Assembly: GCA_945787485.1 (NCBI GenBank)
Contig: CALZHV010000001.1
Coordinates: 1-36,091 of the forward strand
Direction of reading: 5' to 3'
Length of the DNA: 36,091 nt
Source of the DNA: an uncultured Lachnospiraceae bacterium
GTDB taxonomy: Bacteria; Bacillota; Clostridia; Lachnospirales; Lachnospiraceae
The position numbers and the translations under genes are program-made. The number at the start of each line of letters is the position of its first letter. Position 1 is the stretch's first letter. Shown piece by piece: positions 35,738 through 36,091 of the stretch. The notes beneath the pieces were generated by a model that searched no databases, was not told the DNA's origin, and was given only the letters and a program-made list of their open reading frames with translations.

Positions 35738-36091
35738 TTATATCATCTTAAAATGTTTGAGCGCATCCATAATAGCTTCTTCTTTTTCTTTAGGACACTG
35801 CGGCACTCTGTGTCCTTCTTTGCCCTTGTTATAATTCTCACGCTCAATAATACCACACTTTGCCTTAACCTGTGATATGTAAAGACTTGACACTTTAAGA
35901 CTGTGTTTTTCAAGCACATAATCCTTGATTTCCTGATATGTAGCCTTTGTTTCAGCCGCAGTAACATCAAGCTCAGAAAGGTCAAGTTTTATGTCGATAT
36001 GTTCGTCCGGTCTGCGTTGGGACAAAAGAACAACACTCTCCACATGGTCGGTGTGGGGGAACATATCCACGGGTTGGATTTTTTTGACCTT
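35738..36091 (-). CDS. rlmD: 3' end of 23S rRNA m5U methyltransferase RlmD/RumA with an element-type C-terminal extension (partial)
   Basis: KVKKIQPVDMFPHTDHVESVVLLS is the RlmD C-terminal motif, followed by ATYQEIKDYVLEKHSLKVSSLYISQVK...CPKEKEEAIMDALKHFKMI. Confidence 0.85.
   Translation of the reverse strand, partial: KVKKIQPVDMFPHTDHVESVVLLSQRRPDEHIDIKLDLSELDVTAAETKATYQEIKDYVLEKHSLKVSSLYISQVKAKCGIIERENYNKGKEGHRVPQCPKEKEEAIMDALKHFKMI

Larger units (their letters stand above)
1..36046. mobile_element. Integrative mobilisable element / genomic island inserted in rlmD; left boundary outside the window
   Basis: Relaxase-MobC-oriT-ParB module, tnpV, and a junction at the rlmD HVES codons (36035-36046), a known Firmicutes integration hotspot. 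No integrase or second att site is visible. Confidence 0.7.

Overview
A low-GC Firmicutes (Clostridia-like) genomic island. It appears to be integrated in the 3' end of rlmD/rumA at the right edge and runs past the left edge. From left to right: a mobilisation module (ParB, relaxase, MobC, putative oriT); divergent from it, a ~1010-aa single-subunit double-psi-beta-barrel RNA polymerase of the YonO/eukaryotic-RdRP type with an overlapping partner gene; a RiPP locus with two radical SAM/SPASM enzymes, a PqqD-type RRE, two unannotated Cys/Gly-rich precursor peptides and an RRE-dehydrogenase-YcaO fusion broken by a 228-bp MITE and two frameshifts; an XRE regulator with an atypical, apparently hydrolase-only RelA/SpoT homologue; a Sel1 protein; a bPBP / FHA-RodA / vWA(TerY) / Ser-Thr kinase / PP2C operon; a YbjN-like protein, a tandem-AAA+ Lon protease and an M50 peptidase; then PcfJ-like, ackA, DUF1292, NADAR (frameshifted), metallophosphoesterase and tnpV genes. 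Five cargo promoters share a phased TTTCAC-repeat architecture, which suggests one island-wide regulon. All family calls come from motif reading by eye; no database searches were run.
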